Below are positions 12,901-23,865 of a DNA stretch of 64,000 bases, one piece after another. The stretch comes from Takakia lepidozioides (lineage: Eukaryota; Plantae; Bryophyta): NCBI GenBank assembly GCA_030704615.1, contig CM060731.1, positions 95,232,001 to 95,296,000 of the forward strand, read 5' to 3'. Both the position numbers and the translations under genes were made by a program. A model generated the notes under the pieces. The model made no database searches. It was not told the origin of the DNA and worked only from the letters and a program-made list of their open reading frames with translations. Position 1 is the first letter of the stretch. Each line of letters starts with the position of its first letter.

Positions 12901-13506
12901 CAGCCCGGCCAGCTCCGACCGGTGTCCCTCCAGGTGAAGCCCTCGCAGAATTTCTAGAATAGATCGAACTGCGGTGCTCGTGCTGGGAATATGACTCCCT
13001 CCTCCACTGACGTCCATTGAGGACTTGCCTGATCTCCAGGACGACCTCGGAACTTCCATGACCTCGTCTGAGTCGGACAGGTTGTGAACAACCCGGTTCT
13101 CGGTCGTCTTCATGGATGGGTTCGGCTCTGGATTTACTTCGTTGCGGACTTCTCTCTTTGAGGTACCCACTCTCTGATTCGCGGATTGTTTCGTGGAAGG
13201 CGCCAGGATAGACGGTGCATTTGGCGGGCAAATGAAGTCCCCAACAGCCCTGTATATGACGCTGTCCGATGGTGGAACTCGCCATTCCCTGCCATCGCCG
13301 AAATCATCGTGGAGCACAACAATACTCTCGACAACAAGGCCGTTTGAGTCCTTCCTTTCCTCCTCCAAAAAAACCGACCCCGGTTTCAGGTGGTATCGAA
13401 CGCACAGATATTTCTCCATCACCCGGCAGGTGTCCCCTCTGCACGGAAATGAAGCTCTATGCTCGTGAGGAGGGCAGTACACTGTAGCGCTCGGGTTTTC
13501 CGCCAT
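9914..13506 (-). CDS. MULE/MuDR-type DDE transposase with N-terminal GCM/WRKY-like Cys/His domain and C-terminal SWIM finger; 2 exons (13506-11419, 11332-9914), ~1168 aa
   Basis: WVMFD (D1), GFMAD (D2), SCGFH (CxxH), TTNMAESVH (E), CNCTDF...PCKHLYY (SWIM); 86-bp phase-0 intron GTGAGT...TGCAG joins YMRE|EMCL. Confidence 0.88.
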
Positions 13507-13799
13507 GGGAGATGTGCACACAAGACTGCCAGGATGGCGTGCGGGGAAGCTCCCTGGTAGAAGGGGGTGCAGCGATGGGAATGAATGCGATGCCGATTTG
13601 TCCGAGCGACGAAGCCTGATCCAAATCCAGGGAGCCAACTATCTCAAAAATCCACAGTCAGAGTGTTAATGAACCTTGTCTCCGGAATGCGGCCCCTCGT
13701 CTTTGCGCAATAACTGCCAACGGTATGCAGTCAGAAAGTGGGGGGCCGTCCGGATGATGACGGCTGAAGGGGATAAGCCGGCACCGTGCCGTCACATTA

Positions 13800-16580
13800 C
13801 TACCCCCGAATGGAAATTCGGCACCCAACATCCAACAGAGGAAGCCCGGATGAAGTCGCCTCGGGCGCAGAGGCCGGAGTGTGTGCGACAGATAACATCT
13901 TCTGGATGGAGATTCGGCGCCGAATTTCCATCCGGTCCCCCCAAAGGGAGTCGTGTCGGGGGGTCAGGCCGAAAACTGGACGGCATAAAAACATCCCCAG
14001 ATGGAAAAACGGCGCCGAATTTCCATCCGGGGCGATTCGGATGCAGTCGGGGAGGGGGGAGTGGCCTGCAGTTGGCTGTCACATTTCAACCCCCGGACGG
14101 AAATTCGGCAACGAATATCGAACAGGGGACGCCCGGATGAAGTCGCCTGGGGCACAGAGGCCGGCCAGTGTGCGACAGAGAACATCCCCTGGACGGCCAT
14201 TCGGCGCCGAATTTCCATCCGGGCCCCCCCAAAGGAAGTGTTGTCGGCGTGTCAGAGCGAAAACTGGCCGACATAAAAACCTCCACAGATGAGAAAACGG
14301 CGCCGAATTTCAATTCGGGGCCGTTCCAATGAAGTCGGGGAGGGGGGAGAGGTCGGAACCTGGCAGTCATATTTCAACCCCCGGGACGGAAATTCGGCAC
14401 CGAATATCCAACAGAGCGGCGGAGAGGCGGCACCTCTCCGACAGAGACCATCCCCCGGATGGAGATTCGGCGCCGAATTTCCATCCAGCAGGTAAGTGGA
14501 ATCTCGGATGGATGGAGATTCGGCGCCGAATTTCCATCCAGCAGGTAAGTCGGATCGGTGCCATATGGATATTCGGCGCCGAATTTCCATCCTGCAGGTA
14601 ATTCGAATCGTGGATGAATGGAAATTCGGCGCCGAATTTCCATCCAGCAGGTAAGTCGGATCGGTGCCATATGGATATTCGGCGCCGAATTTCCATCCTG
14701 CAGGTAATTCGAATCGTGGATGAATGGAAATTCGGCGCCGAATTTCCATCCAGCAGGTAAGTCGGATCGGTGCCATATGGATATTCGGCGCCGAATTTCC
14801 ATCCTGCAGGTAATTCGAATCGTGGATGAATGGAAATTCGGCGCCGAATTTCCATCCAGCAGGTAAGTCGGATCGGTGCCATATGGATATTCGGCGCCGA
14901 ATTTCCATCCTGCAGGTAATTCGAATCCTGGATGAATGGAAATTCGGCGCCGAATTTCCATCCAGCAGGTAAGTCGGATCGGTGCCATATGGATATTCGG
15001 CGCCGAATTTCCATCCTGCAGGTAATTCGAATCCTGGATGAATGGAAATTCGGCGCCGAATTTCCATCCAGCAGGTAAGTCGGATCGGTGCCATATGGAT
15101 ATTCGGCGCCGAATTTCCATCCTGCAGGTAATTCGAATCATGGATGAATGGAAATTCGGCGCCGAATTTCCATCCAGCAGGTAAGTCGGATCGGTGCCAT
15201 ATGGATATTCGGCGCCGAATTTCCATCCTGCAGGTAATTCGAATCATGGATGAATGGAAATTCGGCGCCGAATTTCCATCCAGCAGGTAAGTCGGATCGG
15301 TGCCATATGAATATTCGGCGCCGAATTTCCATCCTGCAGGTAATTCGAATCATGGATGAATGGAAATTCGGCGCCGAATTTCCATCCAGCAGGTAAGTCG
15401 GATCGGTGCCATATGGATATTCGGCGCCGAATTTCCATCCTGCAGGTAATTCGAATCGTGGATGAATGGAAATTCGGCGCCGAATTTCCATCCAGCAGGT
15501 AAGTCGGATCGGTGCCGTATGGATATTCGGCGCCGGATTTCCACTCGCCATTTATTTCTGAGCGAGGAATTACCTTCGTGCAGGTAATTCCCATATAAGA
15601 ATTACCTTCGTGCAGGTAATTCGCATACAAGAATTACCTTTGTGCAGGTAATTTCCAGATGACAATTACCTTCCTGCAGGTAATTCCAATCGATGTTTAT
15701 TCCTCGTCCAGAATTACCTGCAGGAAGGTAATTGTCATCTGGAAATTACCTGCACAAAGGTAATTCTTGTATGTGAATTACCTGCACGAAGGTAATTCTT
15801 ATATGGGAATTACCTGCACGGAGGTAATTCCTCGCTCAGAAATAAATGGCGAATCGAAATTCGGCGCCGAATATCCATATGGCACCGATCCGACTTACCT
15901 GCAGGATGGAAATTCGGCGCCGAATTACCTGCTTGAAGGAAATTTGGCGAACCGCCCTACCTGCGCGGATGGAAATTCGGCGCCGGATTTCCATCCGCGC
16001 GCATCCGAATTACCTGCTTGAAGGAAATTTGGCGCACCGCCATCCTACGCGGATGGAAATTCGGCGCCGGATTTCCATCCGCGCGCATCCGAATTACCTG
16101 CGCGGATGGAAATTCGGCGCCGGATTTCCATCCGCGCGCATCCGAATTACCTGCTTGAAGGAAATTTGGCGCACCGCCCTACCTGCGCGGATGGAAATTC
16201 GGCGCCGGATTTCCATCCGGGCGCATCCGAATTACCTGCGCGGATGGAAATTCGGCGCCGGATTTCCATCCGCGCGCATCCGAATTACCTGCGCGGATGG
16301 AAATTCGGCGCCGGATTTCCATCCGCGCGCATCCGAATTACCTGCTTGAAGGAAATTTGGCGCACCGCCATCCTACGCGGATGGAAATTCGGCGCCGGAT
16401 TTCCATCCGCGCGCATCCGAATTACCTGCGCGGATGGAAATTCGGCGCCGGATTTCCATCCGCGCGCATCCGAATTACCTGCTTGAAGGAAATTTGGCGA
16501 ACCGCCCTACCTGCGCGGATGGAAATTCGGCGCCGGATTTCCATCCGCGCGCTTCCGAATTACCTGCGTGAGGGAAATTC
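13800..16580. repeat. Intergenic array of palindromic ATGGAAATTCGGCGCCGAATTTCCAT sites: 106-bp dimeric tandem (~10 units, 14460-15540), central inverted repeat, and ~47/90-bp units on the right
   Basis: Period read directly (tggatgaatg at 14611, 14717 and onward); each 106-bp unit has two palindromes. Confidence 0.95.
15471..15926. repeat. Long inverted repeat (~215-bp arms, 24-bp spacer 15687-15710) built from AATTACCT-N6-AGGTAATT mini-palindromes
   Basis: 15546-15686 is almost exactly the reverse complement of 15711-15852, and similarity extends into the flanking arrays. Confidence 0.9.
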
Positions 16581-16794
16581 CGGGACTGTTTTCGTCTATT
16601 TTCTTCCGACATGGAGGGCTTCATCCGACATTTAATTGCGCAGTTGGGCAATAAATGTCGACGGCCGTCGCTTATTATTCGGGCTGGCGACGCATGGCTT
16701 CCTGGACACGTACCCTAAATCTCATGCTATACTTGGCTTAACATGGTATTCCAGGCATGTACCCCAAAAAAGGAGATCTTTTTGGCTGGGACTT

Positions 16795-19700
16795 ATGCCG
16801 CCTGAAGGGCGTGGCTCTCCTGAGAGAGACCTCAGATCCAGACCGCGGCGGAAGTTGAAAGCTCTGTACTACGGACGACGGCCAATCTCTCGCATGGCCA
16901 AACTGAAGCTCCAGCAGGAGATTCCAGTGTCTTGCTCACAACCTGCGCCAACTGAAGCCGAGTACTCTCAGGCAAGCCACTTCTGCTTTCGGTTTGTTCG
17001 ATTTCTTTTTTGCTTTCGCTTCGTTACCTCGCTTTGTTTCTGCATCTTCATCCTGGCTTTGCTTTATGAGTGAACTTTAGATAGTTGACTGAACCTTAGA
17101 TTGTTTGCAATGCGTGTGCAAATCCGGCAGCTCTGGAGAAGGCTGCTTGTGCATGTCATTCTTAGGCAATGGTTGCATTTGTTTTCATTGTTGTTGCATG
17201 GCTCTCCATACTTCCTAAACTTGTTATGTTTTCATTTTTGCTACATGATTGCTGCTATGGTGGTTGCGCTGCTGCTTTTTGCACCACTGTTGGTGTTCAC
17301 GATTTTTGTCAATCACAGAGTGACGACGAGCCCGGCACGCTGGTGGTATCATCGACAGCTCCAACTCATCGCATGTTTGAATCGCCCAACTTGGGGCGAG
17401 AGGGCAAACTTAAATCTTTTGTTGGTGGACGGGAGGACTTGCAACGAGATTACGATAGAGTAGGCATTGGGGAGGTTGGTGCAGGCGGCATGGCAGGTGA
17501 AGGGCGTGAGGACATGAGGACAGCAGATCCGGCAATGGAGGTTGTTCATGCACATGCAGTAGGGCCCGCCCACGCAAAGAAAAAGAAGAAAGCTAAGCAC
17601 ATGCAATCCCCGGCGAGAGAGCAGTCACGGGCTGCGGAGGGGGGAGTGAGCAGTGCGCGCGAGGGTGTCAGTTCGCCTCAATCAAAGGTGGTCGTCCTGG
17701 AGGGCTCCCCTGTTGCTAGCCCTAGTAAGAAACAGAAAGCCCGTGAGAGGGCAAAAGAGAGGGCAAAAGAACAGACGAGACAGAATGCTAGCAAGGAGGA
17801 AAGACAAAAGGCAGCTGAAGAGGCCCGGGGTGCCCAAATGACAGATGCCAATGTAAGCGAGGGACACACAGAGACGGTGGATCCCTACAAGACACCACAG
17901 AGAGGCAGTAGCACACCGGTTAGACCATCGCGGGCAAGTGCAGCCCCCGCAATTACCCATACGGTGGAGAGTGGAGGAGAGGAAAGAACACCTGAAAGAG
18001 CACCGATTGTGCAAGTTCGAGGTGAAGCCAGGGAGAGGGCAGTAGAGACGACGAGAGTGCTGGAGGTGGTTTCGCAGGTGGCTGACCCTGTTGAGGAGGA
18101 CGACATGGATGTTTCTGACCAGGATGACATTCTCCCGGACATCCCCAGGCCCCAAACCCGGAGCATACAGGCTGGATTTGGCGGTCTTGGTGGGCTGCCG
18201 GAAAACCCCTCTGCAGCAGACGTCATGTCTGAGGCGGATATGAAGTTGGCCGCTGCCAAGATGTTGGAGGCAACCCACAGCAACATTGGCAGGGTGCTGG
18301 GGGGCATGGTGTACCCGGCCAAGCTTCGAATTCCCCTTTGCCGCTTGGTGTCATTGCAGGTGGTGAGACCTGCCCTCCCAGGCGATATCGACAAGCTGAA
18401 ATTCTCTTTCCGGGATGGATATCGAATGGGGTCTGCCGCCTTTTACGTTTCCATTGAGAACGACCACGGAGCTTCCCGTGCCCACACTTCCGATGAGGTG
18501 GACAAATGGGGTCCCCATTGGCAAACGCGAAATGAGGAGTTCGAGAGATCGATTGCTAGTGATCCTCTTTTCCAGCACATGTCCGGTAAGATGTTCTACG
18601 TGTGGGACGGCAATCATCGCCTCCTGGCATGGATGGAGCACATTGCCCAAGCCCACCCCAACGATCTCGATTGGCATTTCGCCGTCGATTGTGTTGTGCT
18701 GAAGGTTGCGGGGCCCAAAGATCGCAGTCTTCTCAAAGCTGCAATGGCCGACATCAACTCGTAAGCTACAACCCCTCTCGCTTTTGGACTTTGAATTTGG
18801 AAGTCATTTCATTGCGAATCCTCATATATGATGAAAATTCCCATTTCAGTATTGTTTGATGGAAATGTGGCACTGCAGGGTGACTGAGAATGCCTTCATT
18901 GCCACCAACTTGTCCCATATGCTCTTCCGAGTGAAGGATGTCGGGAGGCAGGGGGTGGAAGAGTTTGCCAATTCCCTCAGTGCCGACCTCCTGCGCAAGT
19001 CGGAGGCAAAGGCAGACAGAACCTGGTATAGGCTGAGCGTCGACGCCATGGTGGACTACATATTTCGGGTAAAGCTCCTGCAGTTTTGTTGAGCTAATTT
19101 GTCTCTCCTCCCCCAATAGAAGAAATTGTGTTGAGCAGGATCTCTAATCTTATGTGCTGCTTTTCGACAGACGAAAATACAGCAGGATTTGGCACATGCG
19201 CGGAGGTTCTACATGGAGTCAGAGGAGAAGAATCCAACCCTCCCGGAACTCGAATCGTATGTCAAAGCTGCGGAGGTGAGGGCCCGCATAAAGTACAAGT
19301 CGCGGATGGTAAAGTACGTGGCCATAGCTGATCCCGCCCTTGGTGCCGACTTTCTGGTGGAGGTGGGAAAGCACTACTCTCGCGCTCTGAAGCCCACGAT
19401 GACATTGGAGAAGCTCCATCGTCTAGCCACATCCTGTGTGGATGCAACAGAAAAGGTGATACATTCTTAACCAAATTGTGGTGGCAACAACTCCTTTTTG
19501 TGGTGTTTGGCGCTTACGAATATGCTGGGTGGTTGGACAGACCCGGTGGCTCCAAATCTGGAATGGTTCCCAAAGTACCAGGGACATGTGGAGCTTCCCC
19601 AAACCGGACAAACTCTCTGACCCCACATTCGACATGTGGATGAACCGCATGACATGGTGGTTTCAGGTACTTCCCCACGCTTCGTTTGGGGCTTGTACTC

Positions 19701-22700
19701 TAGTAGGGGGTTGATTCATTGTATTTTTTGAGGAAAGCGATCTGATGGACAATCTCCACAGGTGACGACGAATGCGCAAGAGCAGCTGGACACACAAGCA
19801 CATCAGTTCAAGATGGAGATATCTCCTGCAGCAGAGAGCCTGCGTGACTATGTGACGAGGTACTTTCTGCTCTACAAAACCAACCTATTCTTTCGGGAGA
19901 TAGCAGATGCTCGCCGGAGCCACGAGTTCACCGACCAGCCGAACGCGGACAAAGCAGCAATGCGCCTTCTGTACAGGTACATACGCGCTGCCTTTCTTTC
20001 AAGTCCTGGCATTTCAGGATGTTAGAGGCCTAAGTGGTGTTAGGGAAAATGGCGCCGAATTTCCAGTCAGGGCTCCGAAAATGGCAAAGTCCCTAGACTG
20101 GCTGGCCCGGAACTGGAAATTCGGCGCCATTTTCCAGTTCCAGGCCCTATTGCCGTTCAGGGACTTAGCCATTTTCGGGCTAAGTCCCTAGTGTGGCTGG
20201 CCCGGAACTGGAAATTCGGCGCCGTTTTCCAGTTCTAGGCCCTATTGCCGTCCAGGGACTTAGCCATTTTCGGGCTAAGTCCCTAGACTGGCTGGCCATG
20301 AAGTGGAAATTCGGCGCCATATTCCAGTTCCAGGCCCTATTGCCGTCCAGGGACTTAGCCATTTTCGGTCTAAGTCCCTAGGGTGGCTGGCCCGGAACTG
20401 GAAATTCGGCGCCGTATTCCAGTTCTAGGCCCTATTGCCGTCCAGGGACTTAGCCATTTTCCGGCTAAGTCCCTAGACTGGCTGGCCCTGAAGTGGAAAT
20501 TCGGCGCCATATTCCAGTTCCAGGCCCTATTGCCGTCCAGGGACTTAGCCATTTTAGGTCTAAGTCCCTAGGGTGGCTGGCCCGGAACTGGAAATTCGGC
20601 GCCGTATTCCAGTTCTAGGCCCTATTGCCGTCCAGGGACTTAGCCATTTTTTGTGTAAGTCCCTAGGGTGGCTGGCCCGGAAGTGGAAATTCGGCGCCGT
20701 TTTCCAGTTCCAGGCCGTATTGCCGTCCAGGGACTTAGCCATTTTCGGGCTAAGTCCCTACACTGGGTGGCCCTGAAGTGGAAATTCGGCGCCATATTCC
20801 AGTTGTAGGCCCTATTGCCGTTCAGGGAGTTAGCCATTTTCGGACCTCATTGGGTTTTTCATGAATGCAGGTACTGTAAGTTCTCGCTTTTGGAGAAAGG
20901 TCATCTGTCTTTCGAGCCACCATTCTTCCTGGCATGGAGGAACCCTGGGGCTGACTCCATGTACACTGACGATATTGTGAAGGAGTGGCATCTGGAACAT
21001 TTGCGTGATTGCCCTTGGTATGTGGACCTTCCGCCCGGCTCGCTCGACCCATCCGAGTTTCAATTGAAGCTGGATGCTGAATTCCGACGAAACCGGGCTC
21101 CGCTGCCTCCGTTGGGTGCAAAAGAGGCAAAAGCGCTTGCGAACTCCAGGAAAGCGGCAGAGCTTGCTCAGGCAGGAATTCAAGAGAAATTGCATGAGAA
21201 GAGTAAAGGTCAAAGGAAAAGGACAAGGAAACAGGTGACTGCAGTAACACCCAAAAAGAAGAAAACCATCGGGGCATCGGAGGAGGCGCAGGAGGGGACC
21301 CAAGAGAGTGACTCCGACGCCGATTTTGTTCAAGGTCCTGCGACTGCTGTTGCTCCTACCCAGTCACCGGTCGTCCGGGTTCCCAAGTCAGTTCGGAGTG
21401 GGACTGGCTCTGCCAAGAAGTTGGCATTTGAGGGCGAGCCTACACGGCGGTATTCGGCGGTGACGTTTACGCACAGGCCAAAGCTAGAACCTCCAACCAT
21501 CATCCAATGCGTCAATGAGAGCTTCCTTGACGCTCTCGCTGCCAGGGCGAAGAAGGTGGCACACAACAAGTCTCTGGCGGAGCAGAAGGGAAAAGCCAAG
21601 AAGAGGGCTGCCGGTACAGAGCCTAAAGACACCCCTGGTTTTGAAGCCATGATGGAATTCTTCACGGCTGTGAGCACGAATTGCAAGAGCACTCGGGGGG
21701 GGGTTGAGGTGGAGAGAGCTTGCGACATGATTCTCCTCGACATTCCAGATGGGGAGCTGCTGGAGGGCCTGGATGGTGTGCCCACCTGGAACAGGTTTAC
21801 TGAGGACTACTGGAAAGCCGGGTTTGGGCTGGCGGGGATGCTTCTGGATGACGGTGGATGTGTGGTTGTCCTTGCCACGAGAGGGAAGACCACAGAGAAT
21901 GCGGTGGCAAGGTGGACACCGAAAAGTGTCACCCCGGTCCTCCTCAGAAAATGGTTCTGCATCAGTACGCAGGGGTTGCGAACAGAGGGCCAAAGTGTAA
22001 GTTATCAATCTATTGCATTCACTTCATATTGTGGTGTATGTTAAGTAGACCCTGGAATTGATCCCTTCTTTGTTGGATGTGCAGACATTGGTGTTTGAGG
22101 CATATTGCTTTGTGAAGAGAGGGTCTACGTTCAAATTCCGCAACGACGGTCGTCTTGTTGATGCCGCTGTGGACCCTGTAACCTACGATGTCCTCTACAA
22201 CTATGTGCCCCACTCTAGTATGCCGAAGGACACAAAGACAGGCAAACCGTGGCGGTACAGCCGGACCCGAAGCCCTGCTTTCATCCAAACCCTCATGGAG
22301 ACGTGCTCGGATGTCCAAGGGCGGATTCTGGACCTCACATGCGGCACGGGTAAGCCTTCACGTGCTCAGTTTGTCCCCTGGCCCCATTGCAATTGCATGC
22401 CGCAAGCTATTAACCGCCCGCTTTGTTCCTCAGGTGCTTCAATGTGGGCAGGGACGTTGTCCGACAGGCATGTGTTCGCCTTCGAGCCAGATACTGCCCT
22501 CCACAACTCGGAACTTGCAGCGGCTGAACGTCTGCCGAAAGAGGAAGAGGCATCCTCGGAGGATGAGGAAAAATCCGAGAAGGAGCAGGGGGAGGAAGTT
22601 GGGATCGAGGCCGAGGAGCCCCCGGTTTACGAGTGAGTGGTGGCATTGTAAGTTGCCTCCAGATTTTGTGAGGCACCTCCCTCCGCTCTCTTATTTCATT

Positions 22701-23221
22701 GAAAACCCTTTCTGGTTGTGCTGGTATTGACATTCTTCAAGTGGATTTGTTCTTACTGTAGGATGCCAAGTACTGCCGGAGGGACGTCTACACCGGAGTT
22801 CATGGGCAGGAGGAACGTGCCTTTTTTTGCCAGGGGAGATTTCATGCCTAGTCCAGAAAGGGAGTACATCCTGCCTACTTATGCTGCCCGGCTTGCTTCG
22901 GTGTCCATTAGGAGGTGTTCCGAACGTAGTCGTGTACAGCAGATTTTAGACGAGGCAAGCCTCAAGAAAATGAAGATGAGGGAGGAGGCAGCAGCTATTA
23001 GAGCCCGTCGGGCTCGTAGATTTGTGTTGGATTCTGCTGAGGAAAGTGGGGGAGAAGACGCAGAAGATTCCCAGGAGGTGAGGTGGACAGTCCCCCAAGG
23101 AGAGGACGGGATTTTTGAGAGGCATAGTGGAACTGATGCATCACAGAGCTCGGAGGATGAGGGGGATGAGGGGGATGAGGAAGAAGGTGGGGCAAGTTCC
23201 TCGGAGGGTGTAGGAGAGTAG
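16795..23221 (+). CDS. Transposon accessory protein, ~1490 aa: disordered N-terminus, ParB/Sulfiredoxin-like domain, helical region, beta-class N4/N6 DNA amino-methyltransferase-like domain, acidic tail; 10 exons
   Basis: Exons 16795-16971, 17319-18760, 18879-19068, 19171-19455, 19541-19666, 19762-19976, 20871-21996, 22085-22349, 22434-22632, 22762-23221 splice in frame (4485 nt; first donor GC, rest GT-AG; alternative start 16894). Motifs LRIPLCRL..VRP....IDKLK.SF..G and FYVWDGNHRLLAW; CDMILLDIPDG (motif IV-like) precedes RSPAFIQTLMETCS..QGRILDLTCGTG|ASMWAG...RHVFAFEPD (motifs X, I, II). Confidence 0.8.
20040..20845. repeat. Tandem array (95-bp subunits, 190-bp higher-order period) inside intron 6 of the accessory gene
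   Basis: Each unit has CTGGAAATTCGGCGCC.TTTTCCAG plus the hairpin AGGGACTTAGCC-attttc-GGCTAAGTCCCT. Confidence 0.9.
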
Positions 23222-23385
23222 TGCCCATTCCGGCTATGACAGTTAGAACACACTTGTATAGACGTGGCTTGCCACAAAATTTGCAATAAAATGTTGCATT
23301 TTAAGTCCACTGGTGCCACATTCCAACTTCACATGACCCTATTTCCGTGCCTCCTAACCCTATTTCCGTGGACTCACAATGGTCT

Positions 23386-23474
23386 GCTCATGCTTTTTTT
23401 TTTTCCGCTCATGCTCATGCCGCTCATGCTCATGCCGCTCATGCTCATGCCGCTCATGAAATAGCAGCCCCCCC
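23386..23474 (-). repeat. Right TIR with GCTCATG micro-repeats
   Basis: (ccgctcatgctcatg)n ccgctcatgaaatagcagccccccc, followed by the TSD atgcaatg. Confidence 0.88.
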
Positions 23475-23548
23475 ATGCAATGCATACCAAATGTGCAATA
23501 TCACATGCATGCGTAGGGATATTGACGGTGTTTTTGTGGAATATGTAC

Positions 23549-23865
23549 CGCCCAATATGGCAACTCATAGAAGATTGAAAGTCGTTTCATGTCGGGCACG
23601 TCCACTTCACCGTCCGTGCCCGCATGGGCCTCCTTCCATCGGTCTTCCCAAAACTGCCCGGACGGTGTCATAGGGGGGGGGACGTACTTCCTCTTTGCCA
23701 TCAAACAAGTGTTTCTCTCTTCTTCTCCATCGATGGCTCATAAGAAGAAATTTGCGGTAGTTGGGATATAGCATCTTGTGAAGATGGCTGGAGCTATGTG
23801 CATCAAGATCATCGCCACAATGCAAGCATGCATGGTACCCCTTGGTGCTTAGCCCCGAGCAAACA
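23549..23865 (-). pseudogene. CACTA/EnSpm transposase upstream exon (Transposase_21-like), truncated
   Basis: SGLSTKGYHACLHC...RKFL..SHRWR...FDGKEE.RPPP...KRLSIFYELPYWA, then a GT donor at 23548 that continues in frame into DLKICHLLDPMHIEKNV at 9070. Confidence 0.85.

Larger units (their letters stand above)
9135..23474. mobile_element. Complete 14.3-kb Mutator-like (MULE) DNA transposon with an accessory ParB-MTase-like gene (copy 1)
   Basis: TIRs GAGGTTTGCTATTTCATGAGC and GCTCATGAAATAGCAGCCCCC; direct repeat ATGCAATG at 9127-9134 and 23475-23482; removing it restores a ~130-bp GT-AG intron of the CACTA gene. Confidence 0.92.

Noticed and set aside
14460-16580. CRISPR-like look of regularly spaced ~30-bp palindromic repeats
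   Set aside because: The spacers are themselves repeated rather than unique, there are no cas genes, and the context is a spliced eukaryotic transposon
13676-16635. Many ORFs with MEIRRRISI, WKFGAEFP or DGNSAPNFH peptides (also at 9273-9936, 20180-20837 and 45040-46895)
   Set aside because: They are translations of the palindromic repeat, open in several frames on both strands; not credible proteins
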